Below are positions 10,315 through 19,806 of a stretch of 64,000 bases of DNA, piece after piece (the first letter of the stretch is position 1; every line of letters starts with the position of its first letter). Origin of the DNA: Nanobdellota archaeon (lineage in GTDB: Archaea > Nanobdellota > Nanobdellia > Pacearchaeales > GW2011-AR1). The notes under the pieces were generated by a model, which saw only the letters and a list, made by a program, of their open reading frames with translations, was not told where the DNA came from and made no database searches. Both the position numbers and the translations under genes were made by a program. The stretch is from contig JANLHN010000007.1 in assembly GCA_024654505.1 (NCBI GenBank), positions 2,205-66,204 on the forward strand, given 5' to 3'.

Positions 10315-10484
10315 TATTTTTTATCCCTCCTTTTTTCTATTGTATCTTCTTCTTTTCTAAAAAAGATTAATGCTAATCCTAAAATAATAATTATTAAAGA
10401 GGGCAAAATGATGTGTGTTTTTGTATATATTATTATACCTATTACAACTCCTAGAATTCCTATAATAAATTGTTCTTGTCCCAT
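10314..10484 (-). CDS. Small two-TM membrane protein (not in the ORF track)
   Basis: Hand translation gives MGQEQFIIGILGVVIGIIIYTKTHIILPSLIIIILGLALIFFRKEEDTIEKRRDKK (56 aa). Its TAA overlaps the ATG of the YbjQ gene (TAATG). Confidence 0.4.
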   Translation of the reverse strand: MGQEQFIIGILGVVIGIIIYTKTHIILPSLIIIILGLALIFFRKEEDTIEKRRDKK

Positions 10485-10558
10485 CTACTTTTTTAAGAAG
10501 AGTGGTTAATAAATGTTTAGAAAACTGGTCGGGATTCTTGGAGTTGTTTAGTCATAAT

Positions 10559-11023
10559 CTATTTTTTGAAGACTTTAGATTCTTTTAAGGCAGTTTTTAC
10601 ATAATCTTCTAAATCTTCTCCTATATTCTCTATCCATTTATACTCTTTTTGCGTTTTATCTAAATTGACTTTAAAATCTTTGTTTATAGGGTGTACTAAA
10701 TAAACTCTTGAAACATAATGAACTCCTGTTTTAATGTTGGGAAATGCCGTTTTTTTAAAAATAGGATCATATACACCTACAAGCTTACTGATGTTAACAT
10801 CTAAACCTATTTCCTTTTTTATTAGCCTTTTAACAGCCTCTTCTGGTAATTCTCCTTTTTTTTGTCTCCCTCCAGGGATCCACCATTTTCCTTTTGCTGG
10901 TTCTTGTGTTCTTTTTCCTACTAACACTTTTTTATTATAAACTATTATTGCATCAACAGCACTAATTATTGAATTTTCAATTATTTGTTCATAAAGCTTT
11001 TTTGGGATTAATTTTTTAACCAT
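10559..11023 (-). CDS. NUDIX hydrolase
   Basis: Nudix box GGRQKKGELPEEAVKRLIKKEIGL. The tracked start at 11038 is TTG. The first ATG is at 11023. Confidence 0.85.
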   Translation of the reverse strand: MVKKLIPKKLYEQIIENSIISAVDAIIVYNKKVLVGKRTQEPAKGKWWIPGGRQKKGELPEEAVKRLIKKEIGLDVNISKLVGVYDPIFKKTAFPNIKTGVHYVSRVYLVHPINKDFKVNLDKTQKEYKWIENIGEDLEDYVKTALKESKVFKK

Positions 11024-11102
11024 CTTCTTTTTTGTCAAAAATGATTAATAAACCTTTATATAAATAGTTACGAAGTCTTATTGATTTATTTTAATTATAA
11101 AC

Positions 11103-12299
11103 TTAGAAAAATGGAATATAAAATAATATTGTAGGAACTAGAAGGGCTCCCATTAGAAAACTTCTTCTAACTTGAAGTTCTATACAAGTTAATCCTATGG
11201 TTGTTGCTATAAAGAATACTAAGAGCCCAAGGAAGCCAGAGAAGACTGTGACAATTATTGTTAGGACTATTAAAATAGTTATAGAGATTTTTGTGTAAGA
11301 AATTTTGTGAATATTCCTTGCAAATATTTTTGATAGAGTAATTGTTAGAGGATAAACCATCATAGTAGATATAGCTATTACAGAAAAGATGATTATTAAT
11401 TCTCTAAGACCTATATTTGTTATTTGGTTTAACGCAACTACAGCACCAGTTCTTGTTTTTTGTAAGAGAAAGAGGGTTACAAATGAAATGGAAATTACTA
11501 AGGTGTTAATTGAGCCCAGGAGGATTAAAAATTGCTCCCTATTCAACTTCCCCCCAATCCTTGATCCAATTACTGCTGCCTGGCTGCTGCCAAGTCCAGG
11601 AAATAAAGAACATAAAGGGGAGACTAAAAGAGTTATTATTGTGGGTTTTATTAATTCTTTTTTTAGAATAGGAATCTTTTTTGTTTCTTGAGGAGGGACC
11701 TTTATACCAGATTTTATTGAAGCAAGGAGGGTCGAAGAACCAAAGAGGCCAGTTAGCATAGGGAGAAGAGGTTGGTCTAAGTTTAAATTTAATGAGGCTA
11801 AACCAAAGAACCCCACTAAGAGGAAGATAATCAAAGATTTTATTTTGGCTTCTCTTTCACCCAAGAGAAGAAAAATAACTATCCAAATCAAAAAGAACGC
11901 CATCATTCTTTGTAAGAAGGGATAGATTATTGGGATAAGAAGAATAAAGAGGGGAACAATTATTATTAAAGATATAATGGCAAGGGTAGACCCTATAAGT
12001 GTTAATCTTAGGGCGTGATGTCCATGACCTCTCAAAAGGAGTTTGTGGCCAGGGAGAACTCCCAACCCTGTATCTTCATCTGGAGCTCCAAGAAAGATGG
12101 ATGGAATAAAATCAATAAATGTGTGGGTAATTGCCATGGAAGTTATAAAAATTATAAAATTTGTTGGAGAAATTTTTAATATTAGGGGAGAAAAGAGGAT
12201 TGTGGTTGCTACGAGATTGATATGAATTCCCGGAATGAGCCCGGTAAATGTACCTGCAACTATTCCTAATAAGGTAAAAAGGAATAATTCTATTATCAT
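11103..12299 (-). CDS. Polytopic membrane protein, TctA/DUF112-like
   Basis: 398 aa with about 10 hydrophobic segments. N-terminal GTFTGLIPGIHINL and a central LFPGLGSSQAAVIG resemble TctA-family repeats. The assignment is from memory only. Confidence 0.5.
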   Translation of the reverse strand: MIIELFLFTLLGIVAGTFTGLIPGIHINLVATTILFSPLILKISPTNFIIFITSMAITHTFIDFIPSIFLGAPDEDTGLGVLPGHKLLLRGHGHHALRLTLIGSTLAIISLIIIVPLFILLIPIIYPFLQRMMAFFLIWIVIFLLLGEREAKIKSLIIFLLVGFFGLASLNLNLDQPLLPMLTGLFGSSTLLASIKSGIKVPPQETKKIPILKKELIKPTIITLLVSPLCSLFPGLGSSQAAVIGSRIGGKLNREQFLILLGSINTLVISISFVTLFLLQKTRTGAVVALNQITNIGLRELIIIFSVIAISTMMVYPLTITLSKIFARNIHKISYTKISITILIVLTIIVTVFSGFLGLLVFFIATTIGLTCIELQVRRSFLMGALLVPTILFYIPFF

Positions 12300-12310
12300 T
12301 TTATTTATTT

Positions 12311-12604
12311 CTACTCTATCATAGAGTATCTGACAATTTTGTCGATGAGTATCTGACTTTCGTTTTTGTAAATCTCTTTTTTCCCAGAGAATTCTATAGG
12401 GTCTCCAGTTTTTATATCTAAATCTTTTTCATTGAAGATAATTAATTTTTCCTTAAAATTCTCTAATCTAATAGTTATTTTATCTGGAGAGAAACTTATT
12501 GAAGATACTTCTCCTTTGAAAGTTTTTCCAGAATTTTGAGCTATTGCAATTAGAAGGAGAACACCAAGAATCGAAACGAGAAATAGTATTTTTTTTAATT
12601 TCAT
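12311..12604 (-). CDS. Signal-anchored small protein, OB-fold-like
   Basis: The ATG at 12604 (MKLKKILFLVSILGVLLLIA) overlaps the stop of the upstream GTPase gene (ATGA). The remainder (KGEVSSISFS..ITIRLEN..LIIFNEKDLDIKTGDPIEFSGKKEIYKNESQILIDKI) has an OB-fold-like beta pattern. Confidence 0.45.
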   Translation of the reverse strand: MKLKKILFLVSILGVLLLIAIAQNSGKTFKGEVSSISFSPDKITIRLENFKEKLIIFNEKDLDIKTGDPIEFSGKKEIYKNESQILIDKIVRYSMIE

Positions 12605-13515
12605 CTTGTTTGAAACTCTATGACATCTTTGTCTTTTAAGATGTGTTCTAATCCAATAATTTGTCCTCCAAACCTCGATGAAGGTCCCCAAATTCTTGCT
12701 CTTTTTATTTTCTTAGAAATTCCTTTAAGAATCTTTTCTGCCGCATCTTTAAAGGTTGAACCTACTTTTAGAATCATAGGCTCTTTGCTAGCCTCCTTTT
12801 TTGGTTCCTTTGTATATACTCTTATAATTGGGAATGTTTGAAATATTTCTTTTTTTAAGTTATTTAATTCTTCTATAGAGGGTTTTTGTGAAAAGAAGTG
12901 GTAATTATATTTTTTATATTTTGAGTCTAGGGTGGCTTTTATTTTCCTTTTCTCATTTTCAGATAATATATCTTCTTTATTAAATATTAAAATTATCTTT
13001 GCTTTTGTTCTATAAAGAAATTCTTCTGCTTTTGGGATTTGGGACAACTCATCGACCACAAATAAAAGTGTGTCTGTTCCATTTGTAAAATTTTTATCAT
13101 GGCTTGGGAATGCAGGGGCATCTATAATTTGGATAGGAGCATCTTCAAATTTGAAGGTTCCTAGCTGTGGTTGGTGTGTTGTAAAGGGATGTGGTGAAAT
13201 TTTAGGGTTTAACCCTGTTAGTATTTTGAATATTGTCGACTTTCCAGTGTTTGGGAATCCTGTAAGAACACATTGCATATCTGCTTTTTTTACTCCCGTT
13301 TTAGAAGATTTTCCAGCCTTCTTTTGTTTTTCGATGCTTTGGTTTAACTTTTTCAATCGGTTTGTTAGATTCTTTAGCATATTCTCTGAGGATTTGTGTT
13401 TTGGACATTCCTTTATCATAATTTCTAAACAAGAGATTCTTTCTTCATCCGTTGTTGCCTTATGAAATTCTTCTTCGGCCCTTTGGTAAAATGGTGACTG
13501 GTTTGTTGATGCCAT
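12601..13515 (-). CDS. DRG/Obg-family GTP-binding protein with C-terminal TGS domain
   Basis: G1 GFPNTGKST, G4 NKED and a TGS-like C-terminus (RIWGPSSRFGGQIIGLEHILKDKDVIEF). The G3 position reads DAPA rather than DxxG. Confidence 0.8.
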   Translation of the reverse strand: MASTNQSPFYQRAEEEFHKATTDEERISCLEIMIKECPKHKSSENMLKNLTNRLKKLNQSIEKQKKAGKSSKTGVKKADMQCVLTGFPNTGKSTIFKILTGLNPKISPHPFTTHQPQLGTFKFEDAPIQIIDAPAFPSHDKNFTNGTDTLLFVVDELSQIPKAEEFLYRTKAKIILIFNKEDILSENEKRKIKATLDSKYKKYNYHFFSQKPSIEELNNLKKEIFQTFPIIRVYTKEPKKEASKEPMILKVGSTFKDAAEKILKGISKKIKRARIWGPSSRFGGQIIGLEHILKDKDVIEFQTR

Positions 13516-13548
13516 AAGATTATTAAAAGAAGGATGTTTAAGTAAATT

Positions 13549-13905
13549 ATGGAAAGCAAGCCCTTTTTATTATTCTCTCTAGTTTTAGCAACAATCCTCT
13601 TTCTTTTTGTAGGGGTTTATGGTTTAGGTTGGGGGGAGTTTAGTGATGAGAATGGAAGTTCTGGAGAATCAAATATCTCTGGAGAAGAGGTCTCTGGAGG
13701 AGTTAACACCTCAGAGGTTAATAATATTTCAAACCCCACCCCTCTAATACAAGAAGTATCTCAGCAAGACATGGGAGAATCTTCACAATACACAGAGAAT
13801 TATTATTTAGCCCTTTGGGTTGGTGGAGGGGTCGTTCTTTTGGTGATAATCTCTTCGTATTTGTTTTTTAAGAAACCACGGGATGATTGGAAGTCTAAAA
13901 GATAG
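13549..13905 (+). CDS. Hypothetical surface protein (signal peptide plus C-terminal TM anchor)
   Basis: 118 aa. Hydrophobic N-terminus, an S/G/E/N-rich middle, a C-terminal TM (LALWVGGGVVLLVIISSYLFF) and a basic tail. Confidence 0.5.
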   Translation: MESKPFLLFSLVLATILFLFVGVYGLGWGEFSDENGSSGESNISGEEVSGGVNTSEVNNISNPTPLIQEVSQQDMGESSQYTENYYLALWVGGGVVLLVIISSYLFFKKPRDDWKSKR

Positions 13906-13940
13906 GTTTGTTTATTTTATAAATTATCAATCTGAATATT

Positions 13941-14558
13941 TTATCCACAAACAGTTATTGTTACTTGGTTTGCTGTTATGGAAGGACCCACCATTGCCCA
14001 GAAGTTCGGGTTAGAAGGGTTTGCCATGGCTACTTGGTCATCATAAATTGTGAAAGGATATCCTTGATTAAGGATTGTACTTTGTATTAGGTCTCCATTT
14101 GTCCCCGACCAGCTTGAACTTGTTCCTGGAGCAAAGGCGACGTCTCTAGCAGAAGAGTACCAGAAATTTGCATAGGAAGATAGTTGGGTGTATTCTACAT
14201 AGCTTGTTATTGTGCCCGTACCTCCATCAACTAGAATGTAACATTCGTTATCTAAACAATAGGGTGGCATCGGCATATCCCAAACGAAATTTGCTCCGCT
14301 TATAAGAAATGGTCCGAGTTGGGGCCCCCCCGGTCCAAAGACTACCCTACACCCTCTTCCCACAACAGCATCTGCCAAATCTACAATTCCATTAAGAGGA
14401 TTTGTATCAACAGAATTTGTTCCAGCTTCATCGGTAGTTATTTGTTGTAGAGAATGCCAGGGGGCATTGGCATTAAAAGAGTTAATTCCAATTACAAACC
14501 CTAAAGTTAGACCAATAATTATTGTTCCGAAAATCCCCAAATAAATTCTCTTTTTCAT
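13941..14558 (-). CDS. Hypothetical secreted or membrane-anchored protein
   Basis: 205 aa. N-terminal TM/signal MKKRIYLGIFGTIIIGLTLGFVIG. No recognised domain. Confidence 0.5.
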   Translation of the reverse strand: MKKRIYLGIFGTIIIGLTLGFVIGINSFNANAPWHSLQQITTDEAGTNSVDTNPLNGIVDLADAVVGRGCRVVFGPGGPQLGPFLISGANFVWDMPMPPYCLDNECYILVDGGTGTITSYVEYTQLSSYANFWYSSARDVAFAPGTSSSWSGTNGDLIQSTILNQGYPFTIYDDQVAMANPSNPNFWAMVGPSITANQVTITVCG

Positions 14559-14631
14559 AGTTTAATTTACTGGAGAAAGTATAAAAATGTTTCCTAGTAA
14601 GGCTCTTAAATAAGGGTTTCTATAAAACTTT

Positions 14632-15300
14632 ATGAAATTGGCAGTCTTGTTTTCTGGAGGGAAAGATAGCACCTATGCGGCTTGGCTTGCAAAGAAAGAG
14701 GGCCATGAGATAAGTTGTTTGATTAGTATTTTTTCAGAAAATCAAGACAGTTATATGTTTCATACCCCTTCGATATCTAGGGTAGAAGTTCAGGCGAGGG
14801 TTATGGATATTCCTTTAATCATTCAAAAGACCAAAGGGAAGAAGGAAGAAGAACTAAAAGATTTGGAGAAAGCAATTTTAAAGGCTAAGGAAGATTATGG
14901 GGTTGATGGTGTTGTGACAGGGGCAGTAGCAAGTGTTTATCAAGTAAGTAGAATACAGAAACTTTGTAAAAAATTGGGCCTTAAATGTATTAATCCTCTT
15001 TGGGGAAAAGATCAGATTGAACTTTTGAAAGGCTTAGTTAAAGATAATTTTGAAGTGATTATTACAGGTGTTGCGGCGTATCCTTTGGGGAAAGATTTTT
15101 TGGGAAGAAAGATTGATACCAAATTTATTAATGAAGTTAAAATTCTTCAAGAGAAGTATAAAATTAATCCTGCAGGTGAAGGCGGAGAGTTTGAATCTTT
15201 TGTTTTAAATTGTCCTCTGTTTAGCAGGGGTTTGAAGGTTGAAAGCTTTGAGGATTCTGGAGAAGGAAATAGTTGGAGGAGGGAGTTAGAAGTTAAATGA
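14632..15300 (+). CDS. PP-loop ATPase of the diphthine-ammonia ligase (Dph6 / MJ0570) family
   Basis: N-terminal MKLAVLFSGGKDSTYA PP-loop and EGGEFESFV near the C-terminus, typical of the family. Confidence 0.8.
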   Translation: MKLAVLFSGGKDSTYAAWLAKKEGHEISCLISIFSENQDSYMFHTPSISRVEVQARVMDIPLIIQKTKGKKEEELKDLEKAILKAKEDYGVDGVVTGAVASVYQVSRIQKLCKKLGLKCINPLWGKDQIELLKGLVKDNFEVIITGVAAYPLGKDFLGRKIDTKFINEVKILQEKYKINPAGEGGEFESFVLNCPLFSRGLKVESFEDSGEGNSWRRELEVK

Positions 15301-16037
15301 AAGAAATAATTGATAAAATCAAACAAAAAAAAGAGTTTTCTCAGTTGCCAGACTCCATTGTTGAAAGGGCAGCAGAATTGTCTAAGGGAGATGTTAAGGA
15401 CTCGAGGGCATTATTACGAAAATATTTTGGAGTTTTTTTGACTAATAGGGTTTTGAAAAGCGGATGGGGTTTTGAAGAGGTTTTAAATTTTCATTTATCA
15501 ACAAAAAAAAGGGATTATGAGGTTTTTTATAAAGAAATTTTTGAAGTAATTGGTCCTGTTAAATCTGTGATTGATTTGGGTGCTGGAGTTAATGGTTTTT
15601 CTTATAAGGTGTTAAGGAGGATTTTTGGAGATGTTAATTATCTAGCAATTGAAGCTGTGGGGCAATTAGTCTCAAATATGAATAATTATTTCAAAGATAG
15701 GGGTCTTGAGATGGCTCATGCTATTAAAGAAGATTTGTTTAATGTTGAAAAGATTTTGAAGCTTCTTTCACAACTAGAAAAGCCCAGAGCCACTTTTATG
15801 TTTCAGGTTGTTGATGCCTTGGAAAATATGGAAAAGAATTTTTCTAAAAAATTTATCTCTGAGATTTTTAAAGAATGTGAGTTTCTTGTTTTGACCTTAC
15901 CTACAGAGAGTTTGGGGGGGCGGAAACAATTTCTTGTTCAGAGAAAATGGATTGTAGAATATTTAGAAGATAATTTTAAGATTTTGAAGGATTTTCAGAT
16001 GAATGGGGAAAGGGTTCTTTGTGTGCGTAAGAAATAA
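15297..16037 (+). CDS. SAM-dependent methyltransferase resembling FmrO/ArmA-Rmt 16S rRNA (m7G1405-type) methyltransferases
   Basis: 246 aa. SAM motif VIDLGAGVNGFSY. Blocks IVERAAELSK, HLSTKKRDYEVFYKEIF and LTLPTESLGGRKQ run colinear with ArmA blocks (IVEKVVSISEKK, HSSTNERVATLNDFYTYVF, ISFPIKSLSGKEKG) as recalled from memory. The ATG overlaps the upstream stop (ATGA). Confidence 0.5.
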   Translation: MKEIIDKIKQKKEFSQLPDSIVERAAELSKGDVKDSRALLRKYFGVFLTNRVLKSGWGFEEVLNFHLSTKKRDYEVFYKEIFEVIGPVKSVIDLGAGVNGFSYKVLRRIFGDVNYLAIEAVGQLVSNMNNYFKDRGLEMAHAIKEDLFNVEKILKLLSQLEKPRATFMFQVVDALENMEKNFSKKFISEIFKECEFLVLTLPTESLGGRKQFLVQRKWIVEYLEDNFKILKDFQMNGERVLCVRKK

Positions 16038-16061
16038 AAAGGAGAGTTTGTAGTCTTGATT

Positions 16062-17252
16062 ATGAAATTTACTAAGAAGGTCTTGAAAAGCGGGCTTACT
16101 CTCTTACATGAGAAAAGAGACGTCCCTGTTACGACAGTTATGCTAGGGACAAAGTATGGGTATGGGTTTGAGGAAGAGAATGAGAAGGGTGTTGCTCACT
16201 TTCTAGAACATTTATGTTTTAAGGGAACAGGAAAAAGAACAACAAAACAGATAGCCGCAGAAGTTGAGGGGGTTGGAGGTATATTGAATGCTTTCACTCA
16301 TGAAGAGGCAACGGCATACCACGTAACACTCCCTAGTGAGCATTTTGAGATAGCTATGGATGTTATATTTGATATTTATTTTAATCCAATATTCCCTGAG
16401 GAAGAGGTCAAAAAGGAAGCGAACGTTATTTGTGAAGAAATAAAAATGTATTGGGATAATCCCCAGAGACATATTTTTGATAAAATCAAAGAGTCTTTGT
16501 ATGAGAAGCCTTTTGGGATTTCTGGTGCAGGGGTTGCAGAAGTTGTAAGGAGTATGACTCGAGAACAAATAAAAAAGAAACATGATGAGTATTATCATCC
16601 TAAGAATTCTGTTTTGGTTGTTGTAGGGAATAATAATTTTGATGAAGTGGAGAGATTAGCAAACGAACTAACTGTACAAAGGGATGGAGGAATTCCCATC
16701 TTGCCCTCTATAAGAAAGAAGACTTTTGAAGGGGTTGAAAAAAGGAATAACTTGCAGCAAGCAAACCTTGCTTTGGGAATTCATATTCCTACCCGTGGAA
16801 AAAAAGAAAGATACGTCTCTGAGGTTTTTTCCACCATATTAGGTTCTGGAATGTCAAGTAGATTATTTACTGAAGTAAGAGAGAAAAGAGGACTAGTTTA
16901 CAATATCAAAACAGAATTAGATATTGGAAAAAATTATGCCTATCTTATAATTTTTGCAGGGACGGAGCCATCTAAAGTTGGAGATGTAATCAAAATTTCT
17001 AAGGAAGAATATGCTAAGATGAGCGAGATATCTTCTAAAGAATTAGAAGAGGGGAAGGTGCAAATTCTAGGGAAAAGGAAAGTGGAGAATGAAGGGTCTA
17101 ATGGTACGGCCGTTAATCTTCTCTTAGAAGAAATTGGGGGAAACGCAGAAGATTACTATAAATATGAAGAAAAAATAAACTCTGTTACTTTAGAAGATAT
17201 CAGAAGGATGGCCAACCAAAAAGGGTTTTCTAGTTTTGTTCTAGGACCTTAG
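16062..17252 (+). CDS. M16 (pitrilysin/insulinase) family zinc peptidase
   Basis: HxxEH motif HFLEHLCFKG plus a downstream E (EEIKMYWDNP). The tracked start at 16056 is TTG. The ATG is at 16062, after GGAGAG. Confidence 0.85.
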   Translation: MKFTKKVLKSGLTLLHEKRDVPVTTVMLGTKYGYGFEEENEKGVAHFLEHLCFKGTGKRTTKQIAAEVEGVGGILNAFTHEEATAYHVTLPSEHFEIAMDVIFDIYFNPIFPEEEVKKEANVICEEIKMYWDNPQRHIFDKIKESLYEKPFGISGAGVAEVVRSMTREQIKKKHDEYYHPKNSVLVVVGNNNFDEVERLANELTVQRDGGIPILPSIRKKTFEGVEKRNNLQQANLALGIHIPTRGKKERYVSEVFSTILGSGMSSRLFTEVREKRGLVYNIKTELDIGKNYAYLIIFAGTEPSKVGDVIKISKEEYAKMSEISSKELEEGKVQILGKRKVENEGSNGTAVNLLLEEIGGNAEDYYKYEEKINSVTLEDIRRMANQKGFSSFVLGP

Positions 17253-17938
17253 TTGTCCAAGATTTCCTTAAAGTTATTCATCTTGTTCTCCTCAAATCTT
17301 TCTATCTCTTTAAGTTCTTCTTTTGATGCTTTAAAAACTTCTTTGAGACTACCAAATTTTTTTAGAAGCGCATAAGCTGTTGTTGGTCCAATCCCTGGAA
17401 ACCCCTCAAGAATAAAAAGTTTTTGTTCTTCTAAGGTTTTTGTAGTTTTTGTAGGTCTTGTTGAAAATTTTACTATTGGCTTTTCATATTTTCTTGCAGT
17501 TAGAATTAAAAATTTTGCAGTATCCCCTTCATCCTCTGTGAAGATTATTGGGACTTGAAAATCGATTGCAATTGAAAGTAGCATCCCCCTTATAGCATTT
17601 TCATGAACATTAAACTTTTTATAATCATAATCAAATCCCTCAATTATTAAGAAATGTTTTGGATATTTTTTTAGGTTAGAAAGTTGGTCTTGAAGTCTTT
17701 TATTTATCATTGAACCGACAAAGTCGGGGAATGATTTTCTTTCAATGATTGTATCTTGAATAAGGTAATCTCCAATTTCTAATTTTTCAAAATTTATGTT
17801 TGCTTTTTGTTCAATTAGGTTGGCTGCAATAAGAGATTGTTTTTCTCTAGTGTCTATTATAATTGGAATTTTTGGATTTGGGCAGAGCTGTTCTTTTTTT
17901 GTTTTAGTTTTTGCGAATATGTCTTCTATAGGTTTCAT
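17249..17938 (-). CDS. hef: XPF/ERCC4-type nuclease with C-terminal (HhH)2, the Hef nuclease module
   Basis: ERCC4 motifs (IIIDTREKQS, GDYLI, ERKS) and HhH GFPGIGPTTAYALLKKFGS. The start overlaps the stop of the helicase ORF. Confidence 0.85.
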   Translation of the reverse strand: MKPIEDIFAKTKTKKEQLCPNPKIPIIIDTREKQSLIAANLIEQKANINFEKLEIGDYLIQDTIIERKSFPDFVGSMINKRLQDQLSNLKKYPKHFLIIEGFDYDYKKFNVHENAIRGMLLSIAIDFQVPIIFTEDEGDTAKFLILTARKYEKPIVKFSTRPTKTTKTLEEQKLFILEGFPGIGPTTAYALLKKFGSLKEVFKASKEELKEIERFEENKMNNFKEILDN

Positions 17939-19476
17939 CTGAATAATTTCTTTTGGTTCTTACCAGAACTAAAATCTTTCTTTATTTCATCGATGGCGGA
18001 ATGCATTCTTTTTTCTTTATGATAAGCGGCGTAGTGGTATGCCTGATCTCTTGTATTTCTTGTTACAAGAATCTTTAGAGAACCTTTACTTAGTCTTGCT
18101 GTTCTTCCTGCCCTTTGTATTTTTCTTATTGCTGAAGGGATTGGTTCATAGAATATCACCTCATCAACTTCAGGAATGTCTAAACCCTCCTCCGCTATAG
18201 ATGTTGCAACAAGAACATTTACCTTCCCCTCTTTGAACCTTTCAATAACTTCTTTTTGTTCTTTTTGTTTTAGTCCAGTGAACTTCCCCTTTCCATGGTC
18301 TTTCATTGCTTGGCCAACAAAACTTTCTACCTTTACCTCTGGAATATCTTCCAAGGTTTCTACAATTTTTAAGACAGTTTCTCTGAATTGGGCAAAAATA
18401 ATCATTTTTGACTCTTTTTTATTTCTAAATTGTTTAACAACTAATTTTTTTAATAGATTTATTTTTGGGTGTTCTGTAGAGAGGGTTGTTGCTAAGGTGT
18501 AGGCTTTAGCAAATCCAGGATCCTTAACAAGTCTTTGAACTCCTTTTGATTTTGCTTCTACTGCCTGTTTAAATAAATCTTTAAGATAGGCTATAAATGA
18601 AGAAACTGTTTGAGTTTCCAAAAGTTCCAAGGCATGAGATATTTTTAACGCCTGAGCGCAAACAGAAACGGCCATCATTTTATTCATATCTCTCCCTCGA
18701 CGAATTTCTTCCATTAGTTTAGCCTGAAGTTGAAGAAGCATTGTTTTTGAAGTATAACTAAAAAGAACTCTTCTATTCTTTAATTCAGTAATCTTTCGAT
18801 TGTAAATGTTTTCTAGAAGGGCTCTTATTTCCTCTAGTTCTGCAGGGAAATCAATTTCTATTTTTTCAAATTCTAACTCTTGGAGGTATGGTTTTACATC
18901 AAGACTATCTCTTGTTCTTATTTCTACAGCCTCTATTCCAAGATTTTCACAGACCTTGTTAATTGTTTTTTTATCTGAACCTGGAGAGGCAGTCAGCCCC
19001 AAAACTCTTCCCCCCACTTTTTGATTTTTGTATCTTTGAGCAACAGTATTATATGCATAATTTTTAAGACATCTGTGGCACTCATCTACTACTAAAAGAG
19101 TCACATCTTCTAATTTGTATAAGTTTTTGTCCAAATCATTTGCTATACATTGGGGTGTAGAAAAAATAAACTCTGCCGTTTTCCAAATCTCTTTTCTTTT
19201 ATCTGAAGGAGTTTTCCCAGTGAAGAGTTGCATGTCTGCCCATCCCTCTGGAAGACTTTTTTTAAAATATTCTAGGTGTTGTTCAATTAAAGGTCTTGTC
19301 GGGGCCAAAATTAATACTTTTTCTAATGGCTTTTTTTTAAATCTTTCAATTGCGAGCATTAAAGCAATAAGTGTTTTTCCAGTCCCTGTTGGGAGGACGA
19401 CCAAACAATCTTTTTCTTTACATATCTCAAAAATTTTATTTTGATATTCTCTTGGAATTATTGAAATTTCCTCCAT
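17935..19476 (-). CDS. hef: Hef/FANCM-like SF2 helicase module
   Basis: Walker A PTGTGKT, DECH box and motif VI QRAGRTAR. 513 aa. Directly upstream of the ERCC4 nuclease ORF. Confidence 0.85.
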   Translation of the reverse strand: MEEISIIPREYQNKIFEICKEKDCLVVLPTGTGKTLIALMLAIERFKKKPLEKVLILAPTRPLIEQHLEYFKKSLPEGWADMQLFTGKTPSDKRKEIWKTAEFIFSTPQCIANDLDKNLYKLEDVTLLVVDECHRCLKNYAYNTVAQRYKNQKVGGRVLGLTASPGSDKKTINKVCENLGIEAVEIRTRDSLDVKPYLQELEFEKIEIDFPAELEEIRALLENIYNRKITELKNRRVLFSYTSKTMLLQLQAKLMEEIRRGRDMNKMMAVSVCAQALKISHALELLETQTVSSFIAYLKDLFKQAVEAKSKGVQRLVKDPGFAKAYTLATTLSTEHPKINLLKKLVVKQFRNKKESKMIIFAQFRETVLKIVETLEDIPEVKVESFVGQAMKDHGKGKFTGLKQKEQKEVIERFKEGKVNVLVATSIAEEGLDIPEVDEVIFYEPIPSAIRKIQRAGRTARLSKGSLKILVTRNTRDQAYHYAAYHKEKRMHSAIDEIKKDFSSGKNQKKLFR

Positions 19477-19527
19477 TAAATTTTTTAGATTAAGTAAGTT
19501 TATAAATATTGGAGTGCTCGGGTATGA

Positions 19528-19791
19528 ATGGTTATTCAGGAAGGAGGATTATATTTGGCTTGGTGGTTTATTCCAGTCATAGTCTGGATGATAATCTGGA
19601 AATTAATGGCTATGTGGAGAGCAGCGAGAAATAATCAAATCTTCTGGTTTATTGCTTGTTTAGTCATTAATACTGTAGGGGTTTTACCAATGCTTTATTT
19701 AATCTTCTTTCAGAAAGATATGAATCACTTGAGGAAGGCTAAAAAAATAGAAGTGAAAAAAGTAGTTGGAAAGAAAATTAAGAAAAAATAA
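19528..19791 (+). CDS. Small two-TM membrane protein with lysine-rich tail
   Basis: 87 aa. WWFIPVIVWMIIWKLMAMWRAARNNQIFWFIACLVINTVGVLPMLYLIFF, then KKIEVKKVVGKKIKKK. Confidence 0.5.
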   Translation: MVIQEGGLYLAWWFIPVIVWMIIWKLMAMWRAARNNQIFWFIACLVINTVGVLPMLYLIFFQKDMNHLRKAKKIEVKKVVGKKIKKK

Positions 19792-19806
19792 TTCTAAATA
19801 TATCTA

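Noticed and set aside
10216-10509. Plus-strand 97-aa ORF between the YbjQ and Nudix genes
   Set aside because: It overlaps the YbjQ gene antisense. The minus-strand 56-aa two-TM ORF (10314..10484), translationally coupled to YbjQ, explains the region better.
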